Shown here: piece after piece, positions 1-9,970 of the stretch
How the letters are laid out: every line of letters starts with the position of its first letter
Numbering within the stretch: position 1 is the first letter of the stretch
Assembly (NCBI GenBank): GCA_963803435.1
Contig: CAWDML010000004.1
Span: 96,001 to 160,000, forward strand
Direction: 5' to 3'
Source of the DNA: an uncultured delta proteobacterium
GTDB taxonomy: Bacteria; Myxococcota; Kuafuiibacteriia; Kuafuiibacteriales; Kuafuiibacteriaceae
DNA: 64,000 nt
Made by a program: the position numbers and the translations under genes
Notes under the pieces: model-generated
What the model saw: the letters and a program-made list of their open reading frames with translations, nothing else
Told to the model about the DNA's origin: nothing
Database searches by the model: none

Positions 1-260
1 TCATCATGGATCGCGAGACCGGCCGCCCGAGAGGGTTCGCGTTCGTGACCATGGCGACCGAAGCGGACGCGCGGGCAGCGATTGAAGCGCTGAACGGGTA
101 TACGCTCGGTGGCCGCACGCTCAAGGTGAACGAGAGCCAAGATCGTCGCGGGCCCCGAAGTGGCGCCGGCGGCCGCGGCCGCGGCGGCGGTGGCGGTGGG
201 GGCGGCGGAGGCCGTCGCGATCGCTTCGAGCGTGACTCACGTTGGGGTGACGACGACTAG
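1..260 (+). CDS. RNA-binding protein (RRM) with Gly-rich tail, 5'-truncated by window edge
   Basis: RNP1-like [15 protein letters not shown] and [14 protein letters not shown], followed by a Gly/Arg-rich C-terminus. Confidence 0.9.
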   Translation, partial: IMDRETGRPRGFAFVTMATEADARAAIEALNGYTLGGRTLKVNESQDRRGPRSGAGGRGRGGGGGGGGGGRRDRFERDSRWGDDD

Positions 261-336
261 AAGCGATTCGCCACGCCCCGGCGCCGTCGGGTGACGGCCC
301 GGCCCTCCTGCAATCGATCCATCACACACGTCGAGC

Positions 337-648
337 TCACAGCATCGGATAGGTCCGACTCTTCACCGTCCCGGTCGCCGCGTCATAGACGATGTCGTCG
401 GGGAAGTGGAGCTGCACACCCGTCTCATCCAGCGATTTGGGGTTCGAGCCCTCGATCTGCCGATGCTGCAGGATGGCGGAGCGGGCGACCGCGAGGTCCA
501 GCTCGACGCGGGCCCGATCGGGCTTGTCCGTGTCGAGCGGTGACCCGGCTGCGATGGGCGTGGTTCTCGGTTTCGCCTCGGGCGTGCTCTTTTGAGAGGG
601 GCAACCGGCGAGCGCGGCCACCATCGCCAACATCACGGCAAGCTTCAT
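337..648 (-). CDS. Small hypothetical lipoprotein
   Basis: Signal peptide with lipobox LAGC. Confidence 0.7.
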   Translation of the reverse strand: MKLAVMLAMVAALAGCPSQKSTPEAKPRTTPIAAGSPLDTDKPDRARVELDLAVARSAILQHRQIEGSNPKSLDETGVQLHFPDDIVYDAATGTVKSRTYPML

Positions 649-692
649 GCGGTGAGGATACGTCCGCCGCCGATCCGGTGTAAGCTGACCCG

Positions 693-1217
693 ATGGTCGG
701 GCGGATCTTCCGGGTGACGGTGCCCTCGGTGCACGTTCCCGAGGAGTCGCGGCCCGCGGATCATGCGTATCAGGAGGCCCGCCGGCTCAACGACGAGGGG
801 CGGCCGAAGGAGGCGATCCGGATCCTGGAGGACGTCCTCTTCCAGGACGACGCCCATGAGGACGCCGCCATCGAGCTGGGCGCCACGTTGATGGACGTGG
901 GTCGCCGGGACGACGCGATGGCGCACTTCGAGAGGGTGCTCTCGCTCCACCCGATGATGGCGCGGGCGCGCCTCGCCTACGGACAGTGCCTCATGCGGGC
1001 CGACGCGGTCGAGCGTGCCGTCGAGGAGTACGCGACGGTCCTGGAGCAGCAGCCGACCTGGGCGGCGCCGTTCTCTCCGTTGATCATGGCGCTCTGTCGT
1101 CTCGGACGCGTGGCCGAAGCGCGCGTGCGGCTCGACGCTCTACGGGCGCTCACCACCGACGCCGCCGATGTGGACATGCTGGACCGCCTGATCACGCGCA
1201 GCGGGCGCGCCAACTGA
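693..1217 (+). CDS. Tetratricopeptide repeat protein
   Basis: TPR-like helical repeats (AAIELGATLMDVGRRDDAMAHFERVL; ARLAYGQCLM). Confidence 0.75.
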   Translation: MVGRIFRVTVPSVHVPEESRPADHAYQEARRLNDEGRPKEAIRILEDVLFQDDAHEDAAIELGATLMDVGRRDDAMAHFERVLSLHPMMARARLAYGQCLMRADAVERAVEEYATVLEQQPTWAAPFSPLIMALCRLGRVAEARVRLDALRALTTDAADVDMLDRLITRSGRAN

Positions 1218-1243
1218 CTACGTCTTGTCCGAGATGCGCCGCT

Positions 1244-3906
1244 TCAGGGGGACGCGCCCGATCCGCTTGGCGGCGTCCACCCGCTGGTAGTCGCTGGGAA
1301 CGCTCGGCTTGTTCATCCGCACCACCTCGGTGGGCCGCTCCTCGAGGTGCTCCTCGAGGAGGCGATCGAGCGCGCCCGCCAGGTCGGCGCCGACCGGCGT
1401 GTGGTCGCGCCCGACCTTCGCCGGATCGAGGATCAGAATCGTCCGCCAGGCCGGAGTAAGCCGGCACCAGCGGCGCGTGCGCCGGCCCCGACTCGGGCAC
1501 GTTCATCACGCGCATCGTCGGTCCCTCGATCGGCACGGGCGAAGGCTCCACCGGCGGGAGCGTCTCGTTGTCAGGGACCACCAGCGGGGGCCGCGGTGTT
1601 CCGAGGAGGTTCTTGACGGGTGCCTCGTCCTCGTCAATCCGGCGCATCGACTCGATGATCAGGTACGTGTTCGGTTTGGTGATGTTCTCGGGGCAGGTCG
1701 AGGGCCGGTACTCGATGCGGAACAGGCCCGGGCCGGGGCGCATCAACTGATAGAAGGCCTCCTCGCCCGGGAGCGTGCCGCAGACGGCGCCGACGACCTG
1801 ACCGGAGCGGACCGCGAGCTCGCCGCTGCGCTGGTCCTCGTACTGGAGGACGACGTGCGCGCTCTTGCGCCCGAGCTCGAGGCTCTGCGCGATGTCGAGA
1901 CCGGTCATGTCCTTGAGCGATCCGGACACGCCGTTGAAGGCGACCGGATTGGCGAGGACGCGCCGGCCCGACAATCGCTTCTGCACCTCCCGCCGGATCT
2001 TGGAGGCGGTGATCTCCAGGCTGAACGGCTTCACGATGAAGTCGTCGGCGCCCAGCTCGAGCGCCTTCGCCTGGCGGAAGTCGTCCCCGCGCCCCGAGGT
2101 GATGAACACCGCGGCGTCGTCGTTCTTCGAGCGCAGCTCGAGGAGCAGGTTGTAGCCGTCGATGCCGGGGAGCGCGGCGTCGAGGAACGCCACGCTCGGC
2201 CGGCAGTTGCGGAGGATGTCGCGGGCGCGCTTGCCGTCGGTCGCGACCAGGACCTCGCACTCCTCGTCGCGCACGCGCGTCACCACGTCGGCGATGCTCG
2301 CCTCGTCGGCGTCGGCGAACAGCACCACGGGCAGGCCGGCGACCGCGGAGGCCTCCACGGGAGCCTCGAAGATGGGCTCGAACTCTCCGGTCGGCTCCTC
2401 GTCCTCGACGACGTACCAGCTGGCGATCGCGGTCCGGATCGCGGAGCGCTTGGCGAGGAAGACCACGACGTCGCTCACGCCCAGGACCACCTTGGTCTCC
2501 AGGATCGCACGCTCGTCGTAGGGATCGACCACCGCCAGCCCGACCGATCGCTCGGCCTCGTTGATCGAGATGGGGAGGATCAGCGTTGCCTCGGCGGCCT
2601 CGCGCGGGAACCGCTTGAGGAGCTTGACCGGGGCCGAGAGACCCAGGAGGTCCGGCTCCGCGATGGACGGCGTCCCCGACTGCGCAGACAGGGCACGCAC
2701 CAGATCGTCCTCGCTGATGGTCCCCGAGGCCACCAGGAGCTCGCCGATCCGGCCGCCCCGCGCTCGCTGCTCGGCCAGCGCGATCTCCAGGTCACCGACG
2801 TGGATCGAGCCCTGTTCGATGAGGATCTGACCCAGCGGAACCCGCTCGCCGGGCGTCATGCTGAAGCCGCTGACCTCGGAGACGCCGGTCTTGGCGGAGT
2901 TGTCGAAGCCGCTGTGCGCCGAGACGGAGGAGCGCTCTCCCTTCGACGAGCGCGAGGAGGTGTAGCCGCCGCCGGCGGTGCCGAACTGGCGACGCATGTA
3001 GACCGCGAGATCGCGGGTGGCGGCGCGACGCGGGAGCGTGTCGGCGACGCGCGAGAGCTCTCCAAGGAGCGCGCCCATGGTCTGGTAGCGCGCGGTGCGA
3101 TCGCGTGCGAGCGCCTTGGCGCAGATCCGATCCACCGACGGAGGAACCTCAGAATTGATCGACGAGGGCGGAGGGATCGCGTGCGAGACGATCATCTTGA
3201 TCGTCTTCTTGTGGTCCTTGTTCCGGAATAGCCGGGTGCCGGTGAGCATCTCCCAGAGCACGACGCCGGCGCTGAAGATGTCGGAGCGCTGATCGATGTC
3301 CTGGCCGAGCACCTGCTCGGGCGACATGTATCCGAACTTCCCGTGGAGGTTGCCCGGCAGCTGGAAGCCGCTCTTGGTGGCGATGACGCGGGCGATCCCG
3401 AAGTCCGTCACTTTCACCTCGCCCTCGTAGGAGATGAGGACGTTCTGCGGAGAGATGTCGCGATGGATGATCCCGAGCGGCGTGCCGTCGGGGCTTCGCA
3501 TGCGGTGCGCGTAGTCCAGCCCGGTCATGAACTCGGTGGCGATGCACAGCGCCAGCCCGAGTGGGAGGCGCTCCTTGCGCCGGTACGTGTTGGAGAGGAC
3601 CGCCGCCAGATCGCGCCCCCGCACGTACTCCATCGCGATGAAGACCTGCGACTCGATCTCACCGAGGTCGTAGACCTGCACGACGTTGAAATGCTGGAGG
3701 CTGGCCGCGAGCTTGGCCTCGTGGATCAGCATCTGGGCGAACGTTTGGTTCTCGCTGTAGCGGGGGTGGATCCGCTTGAGCGCGATCAGCTTCTCGAAGC
3801 CTGAGTACCCCTGAACCTTCGCCAGGAAGATCTCGGCCATACCGCCGTCGCCGATCCGGTCCAGAATGACGTACGGACCGAACCGTTGGACTTTCGAGGC
3901 GCCCAT
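1244..3906 (-). CDS. Ser/Thr protein kinase with MshEN/GspE-N, receiver and DUF4388-like domains (probable frameshift near 1436)
   Basis: [26 protein letters not shown]; tandem LGxxLxxxGxI..L..AL..Q motifs; REC (FLDAALP, FIVKP); SGSLKDM..DIAQSL..GRKS. The given ORF runs to 1192 in a low-quality frame; a shift near 1436 gives a plausible end at TGA 1244. Confidence 0.85.
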
Positions 3907-3999
3907 CCCGCCAAGGCGAAGTCTACACCCGGGCCGGTGATGGATTCTCTCGGTATTCTCCTTGTGTCGCAAAGTCTCGAAAGGCTAGACAGGGCCTCC

Positions 4000-5085
4000 A
4001 TGATGCGGCTGGCGTCGGCTGTCGCGGGTCTCGCGCTGGTCTGGTGTGCGTGCTCCTCCGATAAGACACCTGACTCCGGCGTACCACCCGGTGTCGACGC
4101 CGCGCTCGACGCCGAGGTCGCGCCCGACGCCGAGCTGCCGTCGAAGGACGCCAGCCTCTTCGTCGCGCACGACGCCGGCGGACCGATCCCGTGCTCGATC
4201 TCCTGCGACTGTCCGCAGGGGGGCGCCTGCGTGAACGGCGAGTGCACCGCGCTGGGGACGCCGGTCTTTTGCTGCGAAAAGATCGGCTGTCCCAAGGGGC
4301 AGCAGTGCCTCGACCAGAACGATCAGCCCGACGTGTGCGAGGGCGATCCGGATCCGGCGGACGCCGGCCCCCGCGTCGACAGCGGACCCGGTCAGATCGG
4401 CGCCTACTGCGAGGCGGACCAGGACTGCGATCCCTCGATGGGCCTGAGCTGCTGGGAGCGCTTCGAGCCCCCGTTCGTATGGGGCTACTGCACGCTGGAG
4501 GACTGCGCCGTCGTCCCCTGCCCGCAAGGAGCCGACTGCATCCAGTTCGACGACGGCGTCAACCCGCTGGTCACCGGGTGCATGGAGAGCTGCAACACCG
4601 ATGTCGATTGCCGCACCGACGCCTTCTGCTTCCCGATCACCGGCGTGAGCCAGGTCGGCGTCTGCATTCCGGATTGCCGGGACGACTTTTTCGACTGCTC
4701 GCCGCGCGACGGCAGCGTCTACTGCAACCCGGCCACCGGCATGTTCATCCCCAGCTGCGACTTCACGCCGACGCACGACAACAGCGCGTTGATCGGCGAC
4801 GCCTGCATCAACAGCACGCAGTGCGCCACCGGCGACATCTGTCTGGGCGAGATCGGCTGGAACCTCGACAATGGGATGTGCTCGCACGTCTGCGACGGCC
4901 TGACCGAGGCCTCGCCGTGTCCCTCCGGCAGCACGTGCCAGTATCTGGCGAAGCCGAACGACGCGATCGGGATGTGCTTCCGCGACTGCGTCGGAGGCGC
5001 GTGTCCCGATCGCGCGGGCGCTACCTGCAGCGCCCTCCCCAACACCTCCTGGCCCACGCCGAGCTGCGTCCCGCCGGCGCCCTGA
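4000..5085 (+). CDS. Cysteine-rich lipoprotein (myxobacterial-type Cys repeats)
   Basis: Signal peptide ending in CACS, DAG linkers, repeated CxxDxDC and GxC motifs. Confidence 0.8.
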   Translation: MMRLASAVAGLALVWCACSSDKTPDSGVPPGVDAALDAEVAPDAELPSKDASLFVAHDAGGPIPCSISCDCPQGGACVNGECTALGTPVFCCEKIGCPKGQQCLDQNDQPDVCEGDPDPADAGPRVDSGPGQIGAYCEADQDCDPSMGLSCWERFEPPFVWGYCTLEDCAVVPCPQGADCIQFDDGVNPLVTGCMESCNTDVDCRTDAFCFPITGVSQVGVCIPDCRDDFFDCSPRDGSVYCNPATGMFIPSCDFTPTHDNSALIGDACINSTQCATGDICLGEIGWNLDNGMCSHVCDGLTEASPCPSGSTCQYLAKPNDAIGMCFRDCVGGACPDRAGATCSALPNTSWPTPSCVPPAP

Positions 5086-5090
5086 CGTCG

Positions 5091-7802
5091 ATGTCCAAAC
5101 CGCTGCTGCACATCATCGACGGCTCGGGTTACATCTTTCGCGCCTACTACGCGATCCGGCGCCTCTCGAACGCGGAGGGCGAGCCCACCAACGCGGTCTA
5201 CGGCTTCACCACGATGATCGAGAAGCTGATCCGCGAGGAGGAGCCGACCCACCTGGCAATCGTGTTCGACACCGGCGAGCCCAACTTCCGCCACACGATC
5301 TATCCGGCGTACAAGACCACCCGCCCGCCGCCGCCCGAGGACATGTCGACGCAGGTGCCCCGCATCCACCAGATCGTCGACGCCTTCCGGATCCAGAAGT
5401 TCGTGGTCCAGCAGGTCGAGGCCGACGACGTCATCGCCACCCTGACCAAGCAGGCGCTCGCGAAAGGCTGGGACGTCCGCATCGTCACGGGCGACAAGGA
5501 CCTGATGCAGCTGGTCAGCGATCGCGTGACGCTCTACGAGCCCATGCGCAACCTGCGCTTCGACCCCTCCGCGGTGAAGGAGAAGATGGGCGTCCCTCCG
5601 GAGCGCATGGCGGATCTCCTGGCGCTGTCCGGCGACGCCAGCGACAACATCCCCGGGGTCCACGGTGTGGGGCCCAAGAAGGCTGCCAAGCTGCTCGAGG
5701 ATCACGGCAGCCTCGAGCAGGTGCTGGCGGCGGCGGTCGCCGGCGACGTGAAGGGCAAGATCGGCGAGCAAGTCGCCGCAGCGGTGGAGGAGGCGCGGCT
5801 CTCCCGCAGGCTGGTCGCGCTCCAGGACGACGTGGAGCTCCCGATCTCGGGGCTCGACGATCTCGAATACAAGGGATCGGACAAGGTCCGTCTGTTCGAG
5901 CTTTATACCGAGCTCGACTTCCGACGGCTCATTCCGAAGCTGGGCGTCAGCGAGGAGGAGCAGGAGTCGGCTGTGCCGGGGCGCGCGCCTCCGCAGTCGA
6001 TGGGGATCTCGCTGTCCCACGATCGATATCGCCTCATCACCACCAGCGAGGCCCTCGCGCAGCTGGGAAAGGAGCTCGCCAGCGCTGAACGGATCGGCTT
6101 CTCGCTGGAGCTGACGACCGAGCACGTGATCGACGCGCGCCCGATCGGGATCGCGTTGGAGACGGAGCGGGGGAACGCGGCCTACGTGCCGATCGGGAGC
6201 CCGCTCCAGCTGTCCGACGTGCTGGGAACCATCCGCCCGGCGATGGAGGATCCGAACATCCAGAAGATCGGCGCCGACAGCAAGCAGCTGGTCGGGCTGC
6301 TCGAGCTCCACGGGATCGTGATGGAGGGCCTGTCGTTCGACACCACGCTGGCCGCCTACCTGCTCGAGCCGGACGAGTCTTCGCACGGACCGGAGGTGGT
6401 CGCACGGCGGTACATCGGCCACGAGCCCATCGAGCGGAGCGCGCTGGTGACGGTCGCCAAGAAGCAGCGGCCGTTCGAGCAGGTGCCGGTGGAGGAGGCG
6501 GCCCGCTACGTCTCCGAGCGCGCAGACGTGGTGCTGGTCGGCTCCGAGCCGCTCAAGGTCGAGCTGGAGACGGCGGAGCTCACGCACGTCCTCAAGGACG
6601 TGGAGCTCCCGCTGATCCCGGTGCTGGCGCGGATGGAGCGCCACGGCATTCGGATCGACGTCGCCAAGCTCCACGAGATGTCGGGCCTGTTCGCGGTGGA
6701 GCTCGAGAAGCTGGAGAAGGCCTGCTACGAGGCCGCGGGCAAGGAGTTCAACATCGGCTCGCCCAAGCAGCTCGAGACGATCCTCTTCGACGAGCTCGAG
6801 CTCAAGATCGTGAAGCGGACGCGCACCGGCAGCCGCTCGACGGACCAGTCGGTGCTCGAGATCCTCGCCGCCGATCACGATCTTCCTCAGGCGGTCCTCG
6901 ACTACCGCCAGGTGCAGAAGCTGAAGTCGACCTACTGCGACACGCTCCCGCTCCAGATCTCGCCACGTACGGGACGGGTGCACACGATCTTCAGCCAGTC
7001 GACGGCCGCCACCGGCCGGCTCTCCTCGAACGATCCGAACCTGCAGAACATCCCGATCCGCAGCGATCTCGGCCGCGGTCTGCGGCGCGTGTTCGTGGCG
7101 GATCCCGGCCACCTGCTGGTGTCCGTCGACTACTCGCAGGTCGAGCTCCGTATCCTGGCGCACTTCTCCAAGGAGCCGGTGCTGATGCGGGCCTTCACCG
7201 AGAAGGCCGACGTTCACACGCGCACCGCCTCGGTGGTGTTCGACGTCCCGCCCGAGGAGGTCACGCGCGAGCAGCGCACGCAAGCCAAGGCGGTCAACTT
7301 CGGTGTGCTCTACGGGATGGGGCCGGTCCGGTTGGCGCGCGATCTCAAGATCCAGCGTCGCGACGCCTCCAACTTCGTGAAGCAGTACTTCGAGCGGCAG
7401 CCCAAGGTGAAGGAGTTCGTCGACGAGACGCTCGAGGAGGCGCGCCGGACCGGTCTGGTGCGGACCATCCTCGGGCGCCGCCGGCTGGTGCCGGACGTCA
7501 ACTCCAGGAACCGCGCCACTCGCGGCGCTGCCGAGCGGATCGCGACGAATACGCCGATCCAGGGCAGCGCCGCGGATCTGATGAAGCTGGCGATGGTCCG
7601 CGTCGACGCTGTGCTCGCCGAGCAGCACCCGGAGGCGAAGCTGCTCCTACAGGTGCACGACGAGCTCCTGGTGGAGGTGCCGGAGGATCGGGCCGAAGCC
7701 GTCTCGAAGATGGTGCAGCGGGAGATGGAGAACGTGTTCCCGCTGGACGTTCCGCTCGACTGCGAGGCCAAGTTTGGCAAGGACTGGGACGAGGCTCACT
7801 GA
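5091..7802 (+). CDS. polA: DNA polymerase I
   Basis: IIDGSGYIFRAYYA 5'-3' exonuclease, EADDVIATL, TGRLSSNDPNLQNIP, DYSQVELRILAH, QVHDEL; true start is ATG 5091 inside the longer ORF. Confidence 0.98.
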   Translation: MSKPLLHIIDGSGYIFRAYYAIRRLSNAEGEPTNAVYGFTTMIEKLIREEEPTHLAIVFDTGEPNFRHTIYPAYKTTRPPPPEDMSTQVPRIHQIVDAFRIQKFVVQQVEADDVIATLTKQALAKGWDVRIVTGDKDLMQLVSDRVTLYEPMRNLRFDPSAVKEKMGVPPERMADLLALSGDASDNIPGVHGVGPKKAAKLLEDHGSLEQVLAAAVAGDVKGKIGEQVAAAVEEARLSRRLVALQDDVELPISGLDDLEYKGSDKVRLFELYTELDFRRLIPKLGVSEEEQESAVPGRAPPQSMGISLSHDRYRLITTSEALAQLGKELASAERIGFSLELTTEHVIDARPIGIALETERGNAAYVPIGSPLQLSDVLGTIRPAMEDPNIQKIGADSKQLVGLLELHGIVMEGLSFDTTLAAYLLEPDESSHGPEVVARRYIGHEPIERSALVTVAKKQRPFEQVPVEEAARYVSERADVVLVGSEPLKVELETAELTHVLKDVELPLIPVLARMERHGIRIDVAKLHEMSGLFAVELEKLEKACYEAAGKEFNIGSPKQLETILFDELELKIVKRTRTGSRSTDQSVLEILAADHDLPQAVLDYRQVQKLKSTYCDTLPLQISPRTGRVHTIFSQSTAATGRLSSNDPNLQNIPIRSDLGRGLRRVFVADPGHLLVSVDYSQVELRILAHFSKEPVLMRAFTEKADVHTRTASVVFDVPPEEVTREQRTQAKAVNFGVLYGMGPVRLARDLKIQRRDASNFVKQYFERQPKVKEFVDETLEEARRTGLVRTILGRRRLVPDVNSRNRATRGAAERIATNTPIQGSAADLMKLAMVRVDAVLAEQHPEAKLLLQVHDELLVEVPEDRAEAVSKMVQREMENVFPLDVPLDCEAKFGKDWDEAH

Positions 7803-7999
7803 CCAGCGTCGACTCCCGACGCCTTCATGCTCTCCCCCACCGTGCGCTGCCCGATCAAGAGCGCCTCGTCGATCAGCTCCAGGCGGGGGGCCGAAGACGC
7901 GCTCCCCTGGGAGCGCCGGACGCGCGCGCGCCAGCTAGAACAGCGACCGCTCGATCGCGGCGAGCGTGACGCCGGGGTCCAGGCGAGAACCGGGCCCGC

Positions 8000-8584
8000 T
8001 CAGACCAGGGCGCGCAGCGCGCTCCGCGCCAGCTGCTTCACGTCGATCTCGACGCCCAGCTCCATCATGATCTGGGTCCCGAGGACCAGCGCCACCAGCA
8101 TCCGAGCCATCGACCTGGCCGGGACATCGGTCCGCAGCCGTCCCCCCCGCTGCGTCGCGCGGGCGATCCGGGCGACGCGGGCGATCGCCTCCTCGGTCAG
8201 CGTCACGTAGAGCTCCTTCACCCGGTCGGAGCGCGCGCAGGCGTCGAGCAGCTGGTGCGGCTTGACGCCGCCGCCGGGTGCGAGCGGGTACGTGCCGTCG
8301 GCGACCATGGCCACGAAGCCCTCGACCGTCCGCTCCAGATCGAGGTCCTCGTTCTGGTCGGAGAGGAGCACGCCGAGGAGCGGCCTGCCGACGTGCTCCA
8401 TGACGGCGGCCAGGAAGTCGTCGCGGTCCTTGAAGTGCACGTAGAACGCGCCCCGCGTGTAGCCCGCGTGCTCGCAGATCGCGTCGAGGCTGGGACCGTC
8501 GAGCCCCTGGGTCGCGAAGAGCGCGATCCCGGCCTCGATCAATCGGTCGCGCGTCTTCTGCTTCGCCTCCGCTCGAAGGCCCAT
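8000..8584 (-). CDS. TetR/AcrR family transcriptional regulator
   Basis: N-terminal HTH: LFATQG..SLDAICEHAGYTRGAFYVHF. Confidence 0.92.
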   Translation of the reverse strand: MGLRAEAKQKTRDRLIEAGIALFATQGLDGPSLDAICEHAGYTRGAFYVHFKDRDDFLAAVMEHVGRPLLGVLLSDQNEDLDLERTVEGFVAMVADGTYPLAPGGGVKPHQLLDACARSDRVKELYVTLTEEAIARVARIARATQRGGRLRTDVPARSMARMLVALVLGTQIMMELGVEIDVKQLARSALRALV

Positions 8585-8588
8585 CGTC

Positions 8589-8642
8589 TTGACATACGAC
8601 AACGTATGTGAAAATTCAATCCGCATACGAGCTCGTATGTCA
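8589..8642. promoter_or_regulatory. Divergent promoter region with two CATACG-N4-CGTATG operators (probable TetR sites)
   Basis: ACATACG-ACAA-CGTATGT (8592-8609) and CATACGAGCTCGTATG (8624-8639); TTGACA at 8589-8594. Confidence 0.7.
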
Positions 8643-9173
8643 GTCTCCGCACAAAACTACCCCACCTCCGTCCCCGCGCAGCGGTCCGAGACCGGGAGGA
8701 CCATCGCCCTCGATGATCTCCTCTCGGTCGACGAGCCCGGCCTGCGGCGATTGTATCGAAGCGCCGAGGTCCCTGCGCTCGACGAGATCTCCGGCGATCT
8801 GTCAGGGCGCATGCTGGCCACCACCGTTCTCAAGGAGCCCGTCGCGTCCCTGGCCCGCGCCTGGGCCGGCTCCCGCGCCTTCCCCTGGCGTGGAAAGAGC
8901 TTCTGCCCGCTGGGCGACGGGCGCGGTCAGGGCATGAACCGCGTGCTCACCGATCGCATCCGGCTCTTCCGCTTCGAGACCTCGATCGCCAAGTCGCGGG
9001 CCGGCGACTTCGACGCCGTCCACCTCGACTACGATCTCCCCGACAACCCGTTCTTCATCCGCAAGATCCAGGACGAGATCAGGAAGATCGGCGACCGCCT
9101 CTACCTCGGACAGGCCTACCTCGCGCTGCCGAAGGGGCCGCACCTCGTCCTCTACTTCGGGCTCGCCGGATGA
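8637..9173 (+). CDS. Hypothetical protein
   Basis: Motifs WRGKSF, LDYD..DNP, DEIR..G..LYLG; overlaps the downstream SDR (ATGA). Confidence 0.7.
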   Translation: MSVSAQNYPTSVPAQRSETGRTIALDDLLSVDEPGLRRLYRSAEVPALDEISGDLSGRMLATTVLKEPVASLARAWAGSRAFPWRGKSFCPLGDGRGQGMNRVLTDRIRLFRFETSIAKSRAGDFDAVHLDYDLPDNPFFIRKIQDEIRKIGDRLYLGQAYLALPKGPHLVLYFGLAG

Positions 9174-9961
9174 AGCGGGCCGTGGTCACCGGCGCGGCGC
9201 GCGGCATCGGCCGTGAGCTGGCGCTGGCCCTGGCGCGCCGAGGCGCTCGCATCCTCGCCTCCGACGTGGATCTGGAGCCGCTCGAGTCGACGGTCGCGGA
9301 GCTGCGCGCGCTCGGCGGCGATGCGATCGCGATCCGATGCGACGTCCGCTCCGACGATGACGTGCGGCGTCTCGCCGAGCGCGCCGTCGAGTGGCTGGGC
9401 GCGGTCGATCTCCTGATCAACAACGCCGGCGTGCTGGTGACCGGCGACGTCGCCGAGCTGGGGATGGACGACTATCACCGCGCCTTCGACGTCAACGTCT
9501 GGGGCGTGATCCACGGCTGCCATCACTTCGTCCCGGCGATGAAGGCCCGCGGCCGCGGCGCCGTGCTCAACGTCGGCTCCCTGGCCGGCATGATCACGCT
9601 GCCGCACATGGGCGCATACAACGCGAGCAAGGCCGCGGTGGTGGCCCTCTCCGAGACGCTCAACGCGGAGCTGGCGCAGCACGGCGTTTCGGTGACGGTT
9701 CTGTGTCCGTCCTTCACGCGCACGAACCTGATCGATGCCTCGAGCGGCAAGCCCAAGGCCGGCGCCCTCGCGATCGGGCGGGCGCTCATGGATCGTCTGG
9801 GCAGCTCGCCGGAGCAGGTCGCGCGTGTTGCGCTCGACGCGGTGGAGAAGCGCCGCCTCTACGCGGTTCCGGCGCTCCACGGAAAGATGGTGTGGTCCCT
9901 CAAGCGCCTGTGGCCGGAGCAGTTCAGACGGTTGCTCGGTCTGGTCCAGCGCGCATGGTAG
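9170..9961 (+). CDS. Short-chain dehydrogenase/reductase
   Basis: TGAARGIG, NNAG, YNASK. Confidence 0.95.
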   Translation: MKRAVVTGAARGIGRELALALARRGARILASDVDLEPLESTVAELRALGGDAIAIRCDVRSDDDVRRLAERAVEWLGAVDLLINNAGVLVTGDVAELGMDDYHRAFDVNVWGVIHGCHHFVPAMKARGRGAVLNVGSLAGMITLPHMGAYNASKAAVVALSETLNAELAQHGVSVTVLCPSFTRTNLIDASSGKPKAGALAIGRALMDRLGSSPEQVARVALDAVEKRRLYAVPALHGKMVWSLKRLWPEQFRRLLGLVQRAW

Positions 9962-9970
9962 CCTCCCCGC

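Noticed and set aside
6090-6420. PolA 3'-5' exonuclease site lacking the canonical acidic residues (GFSLELTT)
   Set aside because: Inactive proofreading domains are common in bacterial PolA.
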